This document shows, in pieces, positions 13,545-26,284 of a stretch of DNA of 64,000 nt. Location: the NCBI RefSeq assembly GCF_004010195.1, contig NC_057734.1:44229606-44293605 (forward strand). Reading direction: 5' to 3'. How positions within the stretch are numbered: position 1 is the first letter of the stretch; the number at the start of each line of letters is the position of its first letter. The DNA comes from Chiloscyllium plagiosum (taxonomy: Eukaryota). The notes under the pieces were generated by a model, which did not search any database, was not told the DNA's origin, and saw only the letters and a list, made by a program, of their open reading frames with translations. The translations under genes and the position numbers were made by a program.

Positions 13545-16420
13545 TGCTTTGAGGAATCAAGAGATACAGTAATCAGAAATAGCAAGTGAAGAGACAGATC
13601 AGGCTGGAACACAACAGAGAGCAAGGAATGCCTGTTTGATTAAATTGCATTTATTTCAATGCAAGAGGGCTGACAGGTAATGCCGATGAACTCAGGGAGT
13701 GGTTAGTTACGTGGGAGATTATAGGCATGACAGAAACATGGCTTGGGGAGGGACAGAACTGGCAGCCTAATGTGCCAGAGTACTAGTGCTTTTCACAGGA
13801 CAGAGGTGGTGGAAAGAGGGGATGAAGAGATGAGTTTTTGATTAAGGCAGGTATCACAGCAATAGTCAGAGATGAAACAACTTAAGGATCATCCAGTGAG
13901 GTTTGTGGGTGGAGCTAAGAAATAAGAGGGGGATGGTGATATTACTGGGGTTGTATTATCGACCATGAAACAGTCAGCGGGAATTAGAGGAACAAATATG
14001 CAGGGAGACTGGGCAGACTTGCAAGTGTAGGTGATTTTAATTTTCCAAACATAGACTGGGACTGCCAGAGTGTTAAGGGCTTAGATGGGGTGGAATTTGT
14101 TAAATGCATTCAGGAAGGTTTCCTCAAGCAGTATATGGTGGGTCCTACTCGGGAAGGGACAAAACTCGACCTACTCTTGGGAAACAGGGCAGATGGATGA
14201 TGGAGGTGACAGTGTGGGAGCACTTTAGATACAGTAACCATAGTTCAATTAATTTTAAATTAGTTATGGAAAGAGACAAAACTGGTCCACAGTTTCAAGT
14301 TTTAAACTGGGGCAAGGCAAATTTTGATGGCATTATAGGAGCTTGTAGCCGTTGATTGGAGTAGTTTGTTTGCAGGCAAAGGGACCTCTGGAAAATGGAA
14401 GAACTTTAAACTGAGATAGCTAGAGTTCAAGGTCGATATGTTTCTGTGAGGATGAAGACAGAGGTTGGCAGTAATAGGGAACCCTGGATGAGAAAGGATA
14501 TTGAGGCTTTGACCAGAAAAAAGGAGGTGTAGTTGAGGTATAGGCAACTGGTATCACAGAATCCCTGGAGGTATGCAGGGAATGCAGGTGTTTACTGAAG
14601 ACATAAATCATGAGGCCGAAAGGGGCATGAGACAGTCTGGACTGGGAAGATTATGGTGAATCCAGCCAGGTATTTTAGTATATTAAAGGAAAAAAGAATC
14701 AGTAGAGACTGAAAAGGGTCTCTGAAGCACCAGATTGGACCTGTATATGTAGAATTGCAGGAGATGGACTAGGTTCCCAATGAGGGTTTCTTCTCTGTGT
14801 TTACAATGGAGGAAGACGTGAAGACTTGGGAACTTGAGAAAGTTAGTGGTGATATCTTGGGGATAGTCTGTATCACAGTAGAGGAAGTGCTGGATGTATT
14901 AGAATATATGAAGGTGGATAAATCACTTGGTCCTGACCAAATATATCCAGGAACACTACAAGAGGCTAGAAAAAAGTTATGGAGGCCCTGGCATCATTGT
15001 TAGCCACGGGTGATGTCCCAGAAGATGGGGGATAGCGCATGTCATTCCATTATTCAAGAAAGGCTGCAAAGAAAATCCTGGGACCAGTAAGCTTAATATA
15101 TGTGCTAGGTAAGTAACTTGAGAAGATTCTGAGGTGTAAGATATGCATGCATTTGGAAAAACAGGGTTTTGATTAGGAGTAGTCAGCATGGTTTTCAGAC
15201 TGAGAGATTATGCCTCACAAATTTGTTAGAGTTCTTTGATGAAGTGACCAGGAAGGTTGATGAGAGTAGGACGGTAGCCATAGTCTTTATGGATTTCAGT
15301 AAGGCCTTTGAAAAGGTTCCACATGGTAGACGGCTCTGGAAGGTTAGGTCGCATGGAATCCAGGGAGAGCTGGAAAACTGGATACACAATTGGCTTGATG
15401 ATAGGGAGCAGAGAGTAATAGTGGAAGGGTGCTTGTCAAACTGGAGGTCTGTGACAAGTGGAGTGCCTCAAGGGTCGGTGCTGGGCCCATTACTGTTTGT
15501 ATCTATATCAATGATTTCGGTGAGGGGCATAATTTGGTACAAGACATGATTGGTAAGTTTGCAGATAATATTAAAAGGTGGTGTTGTGGAACGTGAGGAA
15601 GGTTATCAGAAATTGCAGCAGGATCTTGATCAGCTAGGGAGGTGGGCCAAGAAATGATAAATGGACTTTAATATACATAAGTGGTGAATGGGCGGGCCTT
15701 GAGATGTGTAGTAGAACAGAGGGATCTTGGAGTTCAGGTTCACAGTTCTCTGAATTGCAGTCACAAGTAGGCATGGCAGTGAAGAAGGTTTTTGGCACAT
15801 TGGCCTTCGTCAATCAGGGCATTGAGTATGGAAATTGGGAAATTATGTTGCAATTGTACGGGATGTTGTTGCGTTCACACTTGCAGTATTATGTTCAGTT
15901 TTGGTCACCTTACCAAAGGATGGATGTTATTAAACCAGAAATAATGCAGAAGATATTTACAAGAACGTTGCCTGGACTCAATGGTCTGAGTTTTGGGGAG
16001 AGTTAGAACAAACTAAGACCTTTTTTAGTTAGAGCACATGAGACTAAGATGGGCCCTTGTTGAGGTGTATAAGATCATGAGAGGCATGGATAGAGTGAAT
16101 GCACTCAGTAGTTTTGCCAGGGTTGGGGAATCAAGGACTATAGGGCATCAATTTATGATTAGAGGGGAAAGAATAAAAAGGAACCTGAGGTGCGACTGTT
16201 TTTATACAAAGAGTGATGTGCATATGGAAGTGGTTGAGCCAGGCACTTTAACAACTTTTAAAAGGCATTTGGACGAATAAATGAATATCAAAGATTTAGA
16301 AGAACATGGACCAAGTGCAGGGAAATGGGGTTAACGTGGATGGACAATTTGGTCGGCATGGACCACATGAGCCCAAAGGACCTGTCTCCGTGCTGAAGGT
16401 CTCTGTGATTCTGTTACTCT
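13545..16420 (+). mobile_element. CR1 LINE, most of ORF2 (endonuclease + RT), broken
   Basis: LNCIYFNARGL start; QHGF, MDFSKAFEKVPH, SGVPQGSVLGPLLF; 3' tail. Confidence 0.92.
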
Positions 16421-16429
16421 ATGAGATAC

Positions 16430-18560
16430 TTGTTGCAATATTCCTAGCTTTTGACCTACTGTTGGAGCTGACTGTATTTATGTGGTGAGTCAAGTTTAGT
16501 TTCTGGTCAGTGGTTATCTAAAGGAAGTTGAGGGCAGTGAATCACTGATGGTCTTACCATGAATATCAAGATGTTTTTGTTAGATTGTCTCTTATTGGAG
16601 ATGGCCATGACCTGGTATTTGTGTGGCATGAACCTTACTTGCCATTTGTCAGCCCAAGTCTAAGTATTGTCCAGATCTTGTTACATTTAAACATAGACTG
16701 TTCCACATCTGAGAAGTCGTGAATGGTGCTGAACATTGTTCAACTATCAGTGAACATTCCCAATTCTGTCCTCGTGATGGAAAGTAGTTTATTGTTGAGG
16801 AAGCTGAAAATAGTTGGATCTAGGAAACCACACTGACGAGCTTCTGTAGAGATGTTCTGGAGCTGAGATGACTGACCAACAACTAAAACCATCTCCCTAC
16901 GTGTCAGGTATGTTTTCAACAGCAGAGTTTGCCACCTGATACCCATTGATTCCAATTTTGCTCGGGCTTCTTGAAGTTAGACTTTGTTGAGGGTGGCATT
17001 GGTGTCACTCTCAGCTCATCATAATCTTGAAATTCAGCTCATTTCAGTCCACATTTGAACTGTAATGAGATCAGAAACTGAGTGGCCCTGGTGGAACCCA
17101 GACTGTTTATCACTGAACAGTTTATCACTGACCAGTGCAGCTTGATAGCACTGTCGTTGACTTCTTCCATCACTTTACTGATGATTGAGTGTAGACTGAT
17201 GAAACGGTAATTGTCCTGCTTTTTGTGCAGAGGACATACCTGGTCAATTCTGTACATTGTCAGATGCTAGTGTTGCAATCGTACTGGAAGAGCTTGGCTA
17301 GTGAGACAGCAAGTTGTCAAGTACTTTTGCCAGAATGTTTTCAGGACCCACAACCTTTGCAGAATCTTGTGCCACCAACAGTTTCTTCATATCACGTAGA
17401 GTGAATCAAATTCATTGAAACTATTCACTATTTGTGAAACTGGGGACTCCTGCAGGATGCAACAATGGACTTTCCACTCAACACTTCTGACTGAAGATTG
17501 CTGTGAATGCTTCAACTTTATCTTTTAAACTAATGTATTGGAGTTTTCGATCATTGGAGCTGGGAATATCGAAGATGAAGAGCCTTCTCCTCCTGTGAGT
17601 TGTTTAATTGTTCATCACCAATCATGACTGGATGTAGCAGGACTGCAGAGGTTAGATATGATCCATTGGTTGTGGCTCACTTAATTCTACATGAATGTGG
17701 TCATGTTTAGTAACTTCACCGGGTTGGCATCTCATTTTTAGGTATGCCTGTTGCTGCTCCTGCCATGTTCTACTGCACATTCCATTGAACCAAGTTGTTT
17801 CCCTGGCTTTATGATAATGGTTGAGTGGGAGATATGTTGATTTGTGAATTTGTAGATTGCACTGGATGCTGTTGATGGCCCATGGCATCTGATGCCCAGT
17901 CTTAAGTTGTTAGGTCTGTTCAAAGTCTGTCCCATTTAGCACTGTCATGTGCCACACAATATGAGAGATGGGTTTTGAAATGTGAAAGCAAAGTGTGGGG
18001 TTACTCCTATCGCTGCTGTCATGAAAAGATGCATCTGCAGTGGGCAAATTGATAAGGGCGAGGTTAAGTATATTTTTTCCCTCTTGTTGATCCGTCACCA
18101 TATACCACTGACAGAATCTAGTAGCTATGCCCTTTTGCATCCAACCAGTTGGATCAGGAGTGCTACTGATGAGCCACTGTTAGTGGTGGCCATCGAAATC
18201 TCCACCCTTAGAACATTATGTGTTGTTCAACTTGGAGAAGTACTGATTTTGTCAGAGGGGAAAAGTTGGTATGTGCGGACCAGCAGGAAGTTTCCTAAAG
18301 CCATGACAGTTTGGGGGATCTGGAGTCAATGCTGATGATACTGAGGACAACTCCCTCCTGCATGTATATTACTGCGGCACCACCTCTGCTGGGTCTGTCC
18401 TACCAGTGGGATGGTGATATTTGGGACATTGTCCAGAAGGTATGAGCATGACTATGTCAGGCTTTTGCTTGACTAGTTTGTGAGGCAGCTCTTCAAAACT
18501 TGGCATGAGTCCCCAGATGTTCATAATGATGACTTTGCAGAATCAATCAGGCTCTTTTGC
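16430..18560 (-). mobile_element. Non-LTR retrotransposon (CR1/L2-group family distinct from HER1), decayed
   Basis: Minus-strand KQDNYRFISLHSIISKVME and LDPTIFS...GMFTD RT motifs. Confidence 0.8.
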
Positions 18561-19353
18561 CAGTGTCTAGGTGAATGTCAGTGGCGAGACTTCTTAGTGC
18601 TTGCTGCAGCTGAGTGGCTTGCTAGGCCATTTCAGAGGGCAGTTCAGAGTCAACCACACTGTTGTGATTCTGGAGACGCATGTAGACCAGACCAGGTGAG
18701 GGTGACAGATTTCCTTCTTTTGAGGGACCTTAGTCAGTTAGATTGCTTTTTTCTTTGACAATCGACGATGGTTTCATTACCATGAGTAGACTTTTAATTC
18801 CAGGTATATGTATAGAATTCAAATTGCACGAATACCAAACACTGTTCCCCAGAAAAATATCTAGTTCTCTGGATTAATAGTCTAGTGATAATACCATTAA
18901 GCTTCCACATTTCCAATATCAGGTAGCTATTATTGTCGATACTTTCAGTTTGCAAAAGGATGCTAGAAAATATTAAACAGTGCTTTATTAAATGAATGTT
19001 TATTAATTAATGTTACCTATCTAAGAATTACATGCAAGAATTGCTCACATGTAATTTACGCACTGGCGAAATATGAGTTTCGATCACAGGAGAGATCATA
19101 ACCCTGAGGTTATCAATAAAGTTCACTGATATATAACTATCTGATAGACAATTTCGCTGAGAGACATCGGGAGACCTAATTCGGTTTGGTTAGCCATAGG
19201 GTTGTTATGACACAGTAGTATTGTCACTACCTCTGAGTCAGGAGGCTTACTTTCACCCTCCTACTGCTCTAGAGGAGTGTAATAACATCTCTGAACATGT
19301 TGATGAAAAAATATCGGAGGCGACTATTTCAGCTTGTGTCATATATTACCACA

Positions 19354-19545
19354 TTAAAAATCACACAACACCAGGCTATAGTCCAACAGGTTTATTTGGA
19401 AGTACTAGCTTTCAGAGCACTGTTCCTTCATCACAGCTACCTGATGAAGAAGCAGCGCTCAGAAAGCTAGCACTTCCAAATAAACCCGTTGGATTATAAC
19501 CTGGAGTTGTGTGATTTTTATCTTGGTCCACCTCCATACTACACC
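19354..19545. mobile_element. Palindromic Penelope-terminus-like element
   Basis: Arms 19354-19433 / 19442-19520 are inverted repeats; partial copy at 61638-61750. Confidence 0.75.
19438..19473 (+). ncRNA. Minimal hammerhead-like motif (decayed stem II)
   Basis: CTGATGA-agaagcagcgctca-GAAA-gcTA. Confidence 0.5.
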
Positions 19546-21767
19546 AACAGATGGCAACGTTGCACCGCATACATTTTCCACAGCGAAATGAACCACCTCT
19601 CTTGGGAGATATTTCTCATCAGAGCATTCGGCGGTTAAATAATGTACGTTTCAAGCAAACTATTTTCAAGTAAGGGTTTTATTTCCAAATTAACTGTAAT
19701 TGTTTGAACAAGTCCTCAGATACATCAATTTTAAGTGCACACTCTGTTTGTTTATTAGTTGTAAAATCCCAAGGAGATAATCTACAACGCTGGACATGCT
19801 CAAGCATCTTACATCCGGTCCGCCACGCTCCTGCAACTTCGTGTCCGCACCTCGTTCGGAAGGACGGTCAACCTCCAGTTCAGACCTCCCTCATCTCCAC
19901 TTGTGCATTTCTCCGTGACCTGTTACCGCCGCGATACATTTCTCCCTGCATTGCGTTCTCTCCGTGCTCCTATTTTCTCCAGGTTTGCTCTCTCTCCCTC
20001 TCTGTTTTGCTCCATCTGGGTTCCTGTCAAGGATAAGCAGTGAAAACAGGCAATCCCATCTCACTGACATCAGTAGTTGAATACCTGTCTTTTTAAAAGA
20101 GTTATTAAAACAATATTAGTACGCAGTACTCTGAACATCAAATAGTATTATCATTTAAACGTAGTTCAATTATTCCTAATCCATTTGGAAAAGGGTCGTT
20201 CATTGGAAAATACACTTATGTGCGAAACTGGGGCTGTGTTCCCCACAGCAGAGCACGTTAAAGGGAGGTTTGATCGAGGTGCTGTTGGAAGAGTTTGTTC
20301 GAGCAAATGAGGAAAGACGGATTCCATTGGACGAAGGTTCAACAACCACAGATTTAAGGTAATGTGCAAAAAGAAAAAGCAGAACCAATCGGAGGAGGTA
20401 AATAAGGAGAAAGTCTTTTTTTAATGATTGGAAATGCATTGATTGACAGATGGTGAAGTAGCTTTCCATAAAAACTTAGGATAATAGCAAAAGGCCTAAA
20501 CATGGGAAATGTGCGAGGCAATAAGTAAAGAGAAGAGCTGGTTGTCTTAACTGGACAGTTGCTTCATACAGGGCGAAAATGAATACTGCGGATACAGGAG
20601 ATTAGAGTCAAGAGCTCCCTCTACCGCCAGTGGCATACGAGTTCAGGTAAGCAAAGGAGCATAGAGAAAATAAACACCAGAAAAGAGAAAAGAGAAGAGA
20701 AAAGCAGTAGTGGCAGATGGGCCCTGGCTCATGAGCCATTGCTTGCTGTCATTTTGGACCAGGTTGAGTATGGAGTGGTAAGAAAAAAATACATACAGAA
20801 CACAACAATTTCTTTTTTTTTCTATTAAGGAGCTTTTGATTTTAGAATGTGTAGTTTCATTTTAAATTTGACGATAAAGATGGAGACAACCGAACTCTGT
20901 TCAAAACGTCTCAGGATTTTTACACAGTGACTCTTTAAAATCTAAATTCTATGTCGGCTTAATCTTAGTTAACATCGAGACGTGTACAGATATTTAAAAC
21001 CCACAAGACCATTGCAGTCAACAATTCAGCGAGTATGCAATAATATAGTCCACTTGAAGTGCCTATAACATGCATGGCAAACTTCAGCATCATAATCGTT
21101 GTCCCCTGTAAAGTTTGTAAATAATGTACAACATGCAAACTTACAGCAAATCAGATTACTATAATAGCTGAATTAATTATATAGTTGAGCTCTAGCGGTG
21201 TGGTGACTGTATCCCTACTTCTGGGCCAGAACATTCAAGCTTGGGTACCAACAGCTCCAGAGGTGTGTCAGATCATGCCTGAACAGGTTGATTAAAAATG
21301 TCTACAAAGGATTCATAGAATTAAACTTGTCGTGGGCAAAATATGGTACAGTGCTAAGAATCGAATATGGAAAGATGCAGTGTCTGGAGTTAGGAGTAAG
21401 TGTTAAAAAATCGCCTTTCTCTACAATAAACATTTATAACAGATAAAGAAATGTTAAAATTGAAGACTCTCCACAGAGAGAATGAAACATGCGAATATGT
21501 GATGGGGCTACTAAACTGTTTTTTGCAGTGCTGTACTAACAGAAAACAACAGAGCAGACATGAATAATATCATTCTGCCTTATCAACCCACTAATTCTTA
21601 TAGCCATTCTATTTATAAACCAAACGTTTTACTCTGCATCATCATCAGAAAACACAACATAGTTTCCACATGCATGCTTTTGGTAACCATAACTCAACGC
21701 CATGATTTAATCTGTCAATACTTTCTCTACATTCATTGCTGGCAAGCAGACATGTCCTTCAATCAGC

Positions 21768-21897
21768 AAAAGTGAGGACTGCAGATGCTAGAAACCAGAG
21801 TTTAGGTCAGAGTGGTGCTGGAAAACCACAGCAGGTCAGGCAGCATCCGAGGAGCAGGAAAATCGACGTTTCAGGCAAAAGCCCTTCATCAGGAATA
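21768..21897 (-). mobile_element. Solo Penelope-like terminal repeat with hammerhead core
   Basis: Matches the ends of the Penelope-like copies at 28379 and 35630; minus strand CTGATGA-agggc-tttt-gcct-GAAA-cGTC. Confidence 0.8.
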
Positions 21898-22370
21898 ACA
21901 ACCACTGAATAACTCGCTAGATTTTCAAAATGCACTTAAGAATCTCGCACGTAGCAGATTGTCTTCCATAAAGTACGTCAGTGAACAAGATGGGCTTTTC
22001 CTGACCATCAGCAGTGAAGTCCAGTGAAAACACCACAGTCTCCTCGCTCGTATTGAAATAATTTATCCAATAGGCTCACTTCTAAACATATCTTCAATTA
22101 GTTTCAATGGTTAACTCAAGATCTATTTCTCAGCATAAATTCTGTTCCCAAATTCAAACGGTCCAATGGATATGCTTAAGCTGCTCTATTGACGTTTAGT
22201 TGTGATTTTTCTAATCAAATTGCACTTCCCGTATTGGACCATTATGTTAAAAGTCTTGCTGTAATGAATTCAAATTGTCATTTCTTTGCAAAAGGCATTG
22301 AAACAGTTTCAATTTCGCATTCCCAGATGACAATAAATGTTCTTTCATGCCTTTGTTTATTCCTTTTCAG

Positions 22371-22579
22371 ATTTACCAGTTCCGTCAACATCTGTAATTC
22401 TATCTCCATCCAATTAAATTATGGTGACCCTGGTCCGTTTTGGTGAATTGGCTTCATCCTGCAGACTGAGTGGACTGCAGATAGCAACGCTGCAAGGACA
22501 ATTTGACCAGTCAGATTCGGGAGGACATTGTCAACATCTTCAGTGTGAGCACTGTCTGAGTCTCTCAGCAACTGAGTGG
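22371..22579 (+). pseudogene. Highly decayed IgL constant exon
   Basis: Acceptor ccttttcAG|at; nucleotide blocks atggtgaccctggtccgttttggtga, gagtggac, gaccagtcagat, ttcagtgtgagca, ctgagtctctcagcaactgagtgg align with the other C exons; stop and frameshifts present. Confidence 0.8.
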
Positions 22580-22797
22580 GCACCAGGCCAGCTTCACTAT
22601 TGTGATAAAAGCTTATTGTTTGTTTTATCTCTCTTCACGCCCTCTTTGAACTCATCATCTCTATGAGACTTCCCTTCCGTTCCCTTGATTCTGTTCCCAT
22701 TAAACTACTGATTATCCAACCCCTCTTCATTACCTTCAAGGTGAGCTGACATTCCAAACAATTCGTCTCAGGAGTTGTCCCTCTTTCATTTAAATGA

Positions 22798-23110
22798 TTA
22801 GATTTGATTCCCTACAGTGTGGAAACAGGCCCTTAGGTCCAACCAGTCCACACCGACCCTCCGAAGAGTAACCCACCCAGTCCCACTTCCCTCTAACTAA
22901 TGCACCTAACACAATGGGCAATTTAGCATGGCCAATTCACCTGGCCTGCACATCTTTGGATTGTGGAAACCGGAGCACCCGGAGGAAACCCACGGAGACA
23001 CAGGGAGAATGTGCAAACTCCACACCGACAGTCGCCCAAGGCTGGAATCGATCCTGGGTCCCTGGTGCTGTGAAACAGCAGTGCTAACCACTGAGCCACC
23101 ATGCCACCCC
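22798..23110 (-). mobile_element. HE1-type SINE
   Basis: Near-complete match to the other copies. Confidence 0.92.
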
Positions 23111-23884
23111 TAAATATGTTGTCATTACACCTCTTAGGAAAATAAACATTTTTTCTGTGAGCTATTATCCCATTTCCAGCCTCTATTTCTTTAAATTTCG
23201 TGCATGTATTATAATGCTTAACAATACCTTATCTTTAGGACTTCACGACAAAATATAACAGGTATCACAGTGGCTGATTGAGTCGGTGCTGTGGGTGATC
23301 AGGGTGTGCAAAGAATAATGAATTGTATAAGCTGCATGGATTGTGTGGTCACAGAAATTGCTGTAAATGATTTACACAAAAATACATTTCCCAGACCCTG
23401 CCTAATTAGAATATAATTTGATTTCAGAATTCACATGAGTCAGCTGATCATTGCCGAATCTTGTTCCATTCATTACCTCTTCTATAGATTCACATTTGTA
23501 CACCAGTGAGACTGGTTTAAGTTGTTCCCCATAGCTCTCGCGCTTTATATTTCACATCCATTTTCGTTTTCTGCGGCATTTAAATTTAACCAAAGGCAGA
23601 TATTGTTGAATATTGGGACTAAAACACATATAGAAGTCCTCAGCTGGAAACTGTAGAAGTAAACTTGATTAAACTGTATCTACACTTCCAGTTTTCCTTT
23701 TAGATAAGATAATGTTAAACGACAGAGAAATTTTCATTTTCTTCTACTATGGGGTGAGTGAGTTGCCAAAAGGCTGAAGTCTTGAGAAGCCTTGATGAGT
23801 TAAATGTGAGAAAAAATTTGGCATTCTGCCTCAAATCACACATTGATCTTTTCTATATTGTCAATTTCCACTCTAATCTTACCT

Positions 23885-23917
23885 TATCGATCGATCGATC
23901 GATCGATCGATCGATTG

Positions 23918-23980
<63 letters not shown>
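23885..23980. repeat. Compound microsatellite (ATCG)n(ATCT)n
   Basis: Direct reading. Confidence 0.97.
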
Positions 23981-24259
23981 CACTGATGCTAAAAGGGAAG
24001 TATTCAATCTCCTCTACCTCTCGCTGTCAACAAATTAAATATTCATTCAGGCTCCTGGGAACTCAAAACAATTAATCAAATTTACCACCCTCAGCTTTTC
24101 TCCTCTATTGAAATGTCCGCCATTCTACAAGTCAAAATTCGCTCGTTTAATTCCGGCTATGTCAACGACTATTTTACTTTGGGTTATTTCATCTTACTCG
24201 TGATGTATTTAATGCCTTTGTTGTTCCGTTTCTAGCTAAAAATGGCTGGCACACGCCCT

Positions 24260-24446
24260 ATGCAAATATAAATATACGCAGTTTGCTGAATCCAACGACA
24301 AGCTTTATGTGAACAGAGATTTGCATGCATTTTGAATATTCAATACGTTGTCAGGGCTAACACTTCTTAAGGGGAGATTTGAAAGAGTCCAAAAACACGT
24401 TGTATGAAGAAGTATTTTCCTTCTAATTTTTTATTGAATCTTTACC
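24260..24446 (+). promoter_or_regulatory. IgL promoter of V-deleted cluster: ATGCAAAT 24260-24267 and ATTTGCAT 24319-24326
   Basis: Both octamers are perfect; downstream blocks (cttaa, gatt.gaaaga, aacacgtt, accATG) align with the 55757-55870 promoter. Confidence 0.82.
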
Positions 24447-24495
24447 ATGGCTGATTGGGTTCGTGCACTCTCCGCTCTGCTGTTCTTTCTCCACA
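24447..24495 (+). CDS. IgL leader exon (MADWVRALSALLFFLH), intact, of V-deleted cluster
   Basis: Homologous to 55868-55916, same length, phase-1 donor cac a|GTAAGT. Confidence 0.88.
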
Positions 24496-24626
24496 GTAAG
24501 TATGGGTGTTTGCACTATCGCGGCTGATTACATTGTTATTTAAAAATCTGGCTAAACAGCGGTGAACTACAAGCGATATTCAAAATTGCAGAATGTGACT
24601 TATTGATATTTTCACTATTACACCAG

Positions 24627-24730
24627 GTGCAAATATAAATATACGCAGTTTGCTGAATCCAACGACAAGCTTTATGTGAACAGAGACTCAACCAAGATCC
24701 ATCTCAACATCCCCAGGGGAAACTGTGATC
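24627..24730 (+). pseudogene. IgL V exon remnant (FR1 only: TQPRSISTSPGETV) with insertion carrying in-frame TGA; rest of V and all of J deleted
   Basis: Acceptor caccAG|gt as in the intact gene; 24685-24728 aligns to about 56081-56124; TGA at 24677-24679; no Cys, WY, YYC or FGxG follows. Confidence 0.9.
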
Positions 24731-26004
24731 AGTGTTACAGCAGTAAAATTATAGAATATACGAGTTCGGTTTTGATAGTTCAAATTGTCTTTTCGGTGAC
24801 ATTGCGTGAAATGCAACAAGTTCAGATAGGGAACAGAAAATATCCTGTTATTTTTCAGCTGTTCCTCTAATAATGCAAACGCCAAATTTTACAAACGCCA
24901 CGATAAATTTGTTTGCGGCAAAACATTTATTTGGACAGTTATGTAAAATAAAGGCAAAAACCTGCTCCACTGTCATAATGTTCAACTGAACTCCGGCTGT
25001 TGCATGGCGTTACTGTTAGCCGTTTGTGATACTTGACAGACTACACAGAGAGTCACTTTCCAAATTGAAATGTCAAGAAGACTTTGCCGCCTCCCAAGTG
25101 GAACTATGAGAGCGGCACAATTTTGTTAAACTGGCAGGGGGCAGATCTGAGCCTGCTGAAGCGCTTTGAATAAGCTGACAGAGAACAACTATGTCACAGT
25201 TTTAAGTAGGCCGATCTCTACTTTTCCAAATAAGCAAACTAATAACATTTTTACATTTTCTTCGCTGCTTTACATGAAACGATCAAATGTTTAGAGTGAT
25301 TGGCATTGGCAACAGAAGCCTGTAGAGCTAGAGGCAGAGGCAGGAGACTCTGACAGTTCAGTCTCAACACATGCTATTTCATTGAGTGATATTTCATGCT
25401 CACTATCCTGGAACGTTTCTTACTGAAAATAAACATGGGAACTAACTTGCATTGATATAGCGCCGACCACGATCTGAGGACAACTAATAACACTTTAAAG
25501 CTGATTCCGCAGTTACAAATTACAAATAGAAATGCTCGGTAGTAACGGAAGAAAGATGGAAAGTTTCGTTTCGCGCACTATACAAGGTTCCACATAACTA
25601 ATGGAGCCGTCTGAAGTGATTTTGGGTGAGAGGTAAATATTGGTCAGGCCACGCGGTTTCAGTTACAGGCAGTTTGAGGCTAATTTTGTAATAAAGTTGG
25701 TTCCTACAGAACCACTGTTTGTTAGTTACAGAGTTCTCTTTACTGTAGTTAGGAGACATGACACCGTGATCCCAACAATGTTCCCAAACAGCGTATATTG
25801 TTGTACTGTATGTGTACGAACTGTCTTTTGATGGTTTACACATTAAATTTCAGGGCGCGAGGACTGGGAACATCAAGGGGAATCTCGTGGATAGTAGGAA
25901 AGCAGCAAATTCAGTTGTACAGAAATGCAACGATCAGGCCAATATGAGCACTACCGTGCACCGAATGTTTTGCGTTAAATGTTGCAGCGTTTTTCTTCGG
26001 TTAG

Positions 26005-26284
26005 CATTAGATTAAATTAGATTGGATTCTCTACAGTGTGGAAATAGGCCCTTCGGCCCACCAAGTCCACACCGACCCTCTGAATGCACCTAACACTATG
26101 GGCAATTTAGCATGGCCAATTCACCTGACCTGCACACCTTTGGACTGTGGGAGGAAACCGGAGTACCCGGAGGAAACCCACACAGACACAGGGGGAATGT
26201 GCAAACTCCACACAGACAGTCGTCCAAGGCTGAACCTGGGACCCTGGTGCTGCAGTGCTAACCACTGAGCCACCGTGCCGCCCC
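26005..26284 (-). mobile_element. HE1-type SINE in the intron of the V-deleted cluster
   Basis: Absent from the paralogous intron near 10660, so inserted after duplication. Confidence 0.92.

Noticed and set aside
20182-20194. catttggaaaagg matching the J segment start (FGKG)
   Set aside because: No TKL continuation or splice donor; adjacent to a decayed CR1 3' fragment
23758-24075. ORF with SIDR/SIYL repeats
   Set aside because: Translation of the (ATCG)n(ATCT)n microsatellite
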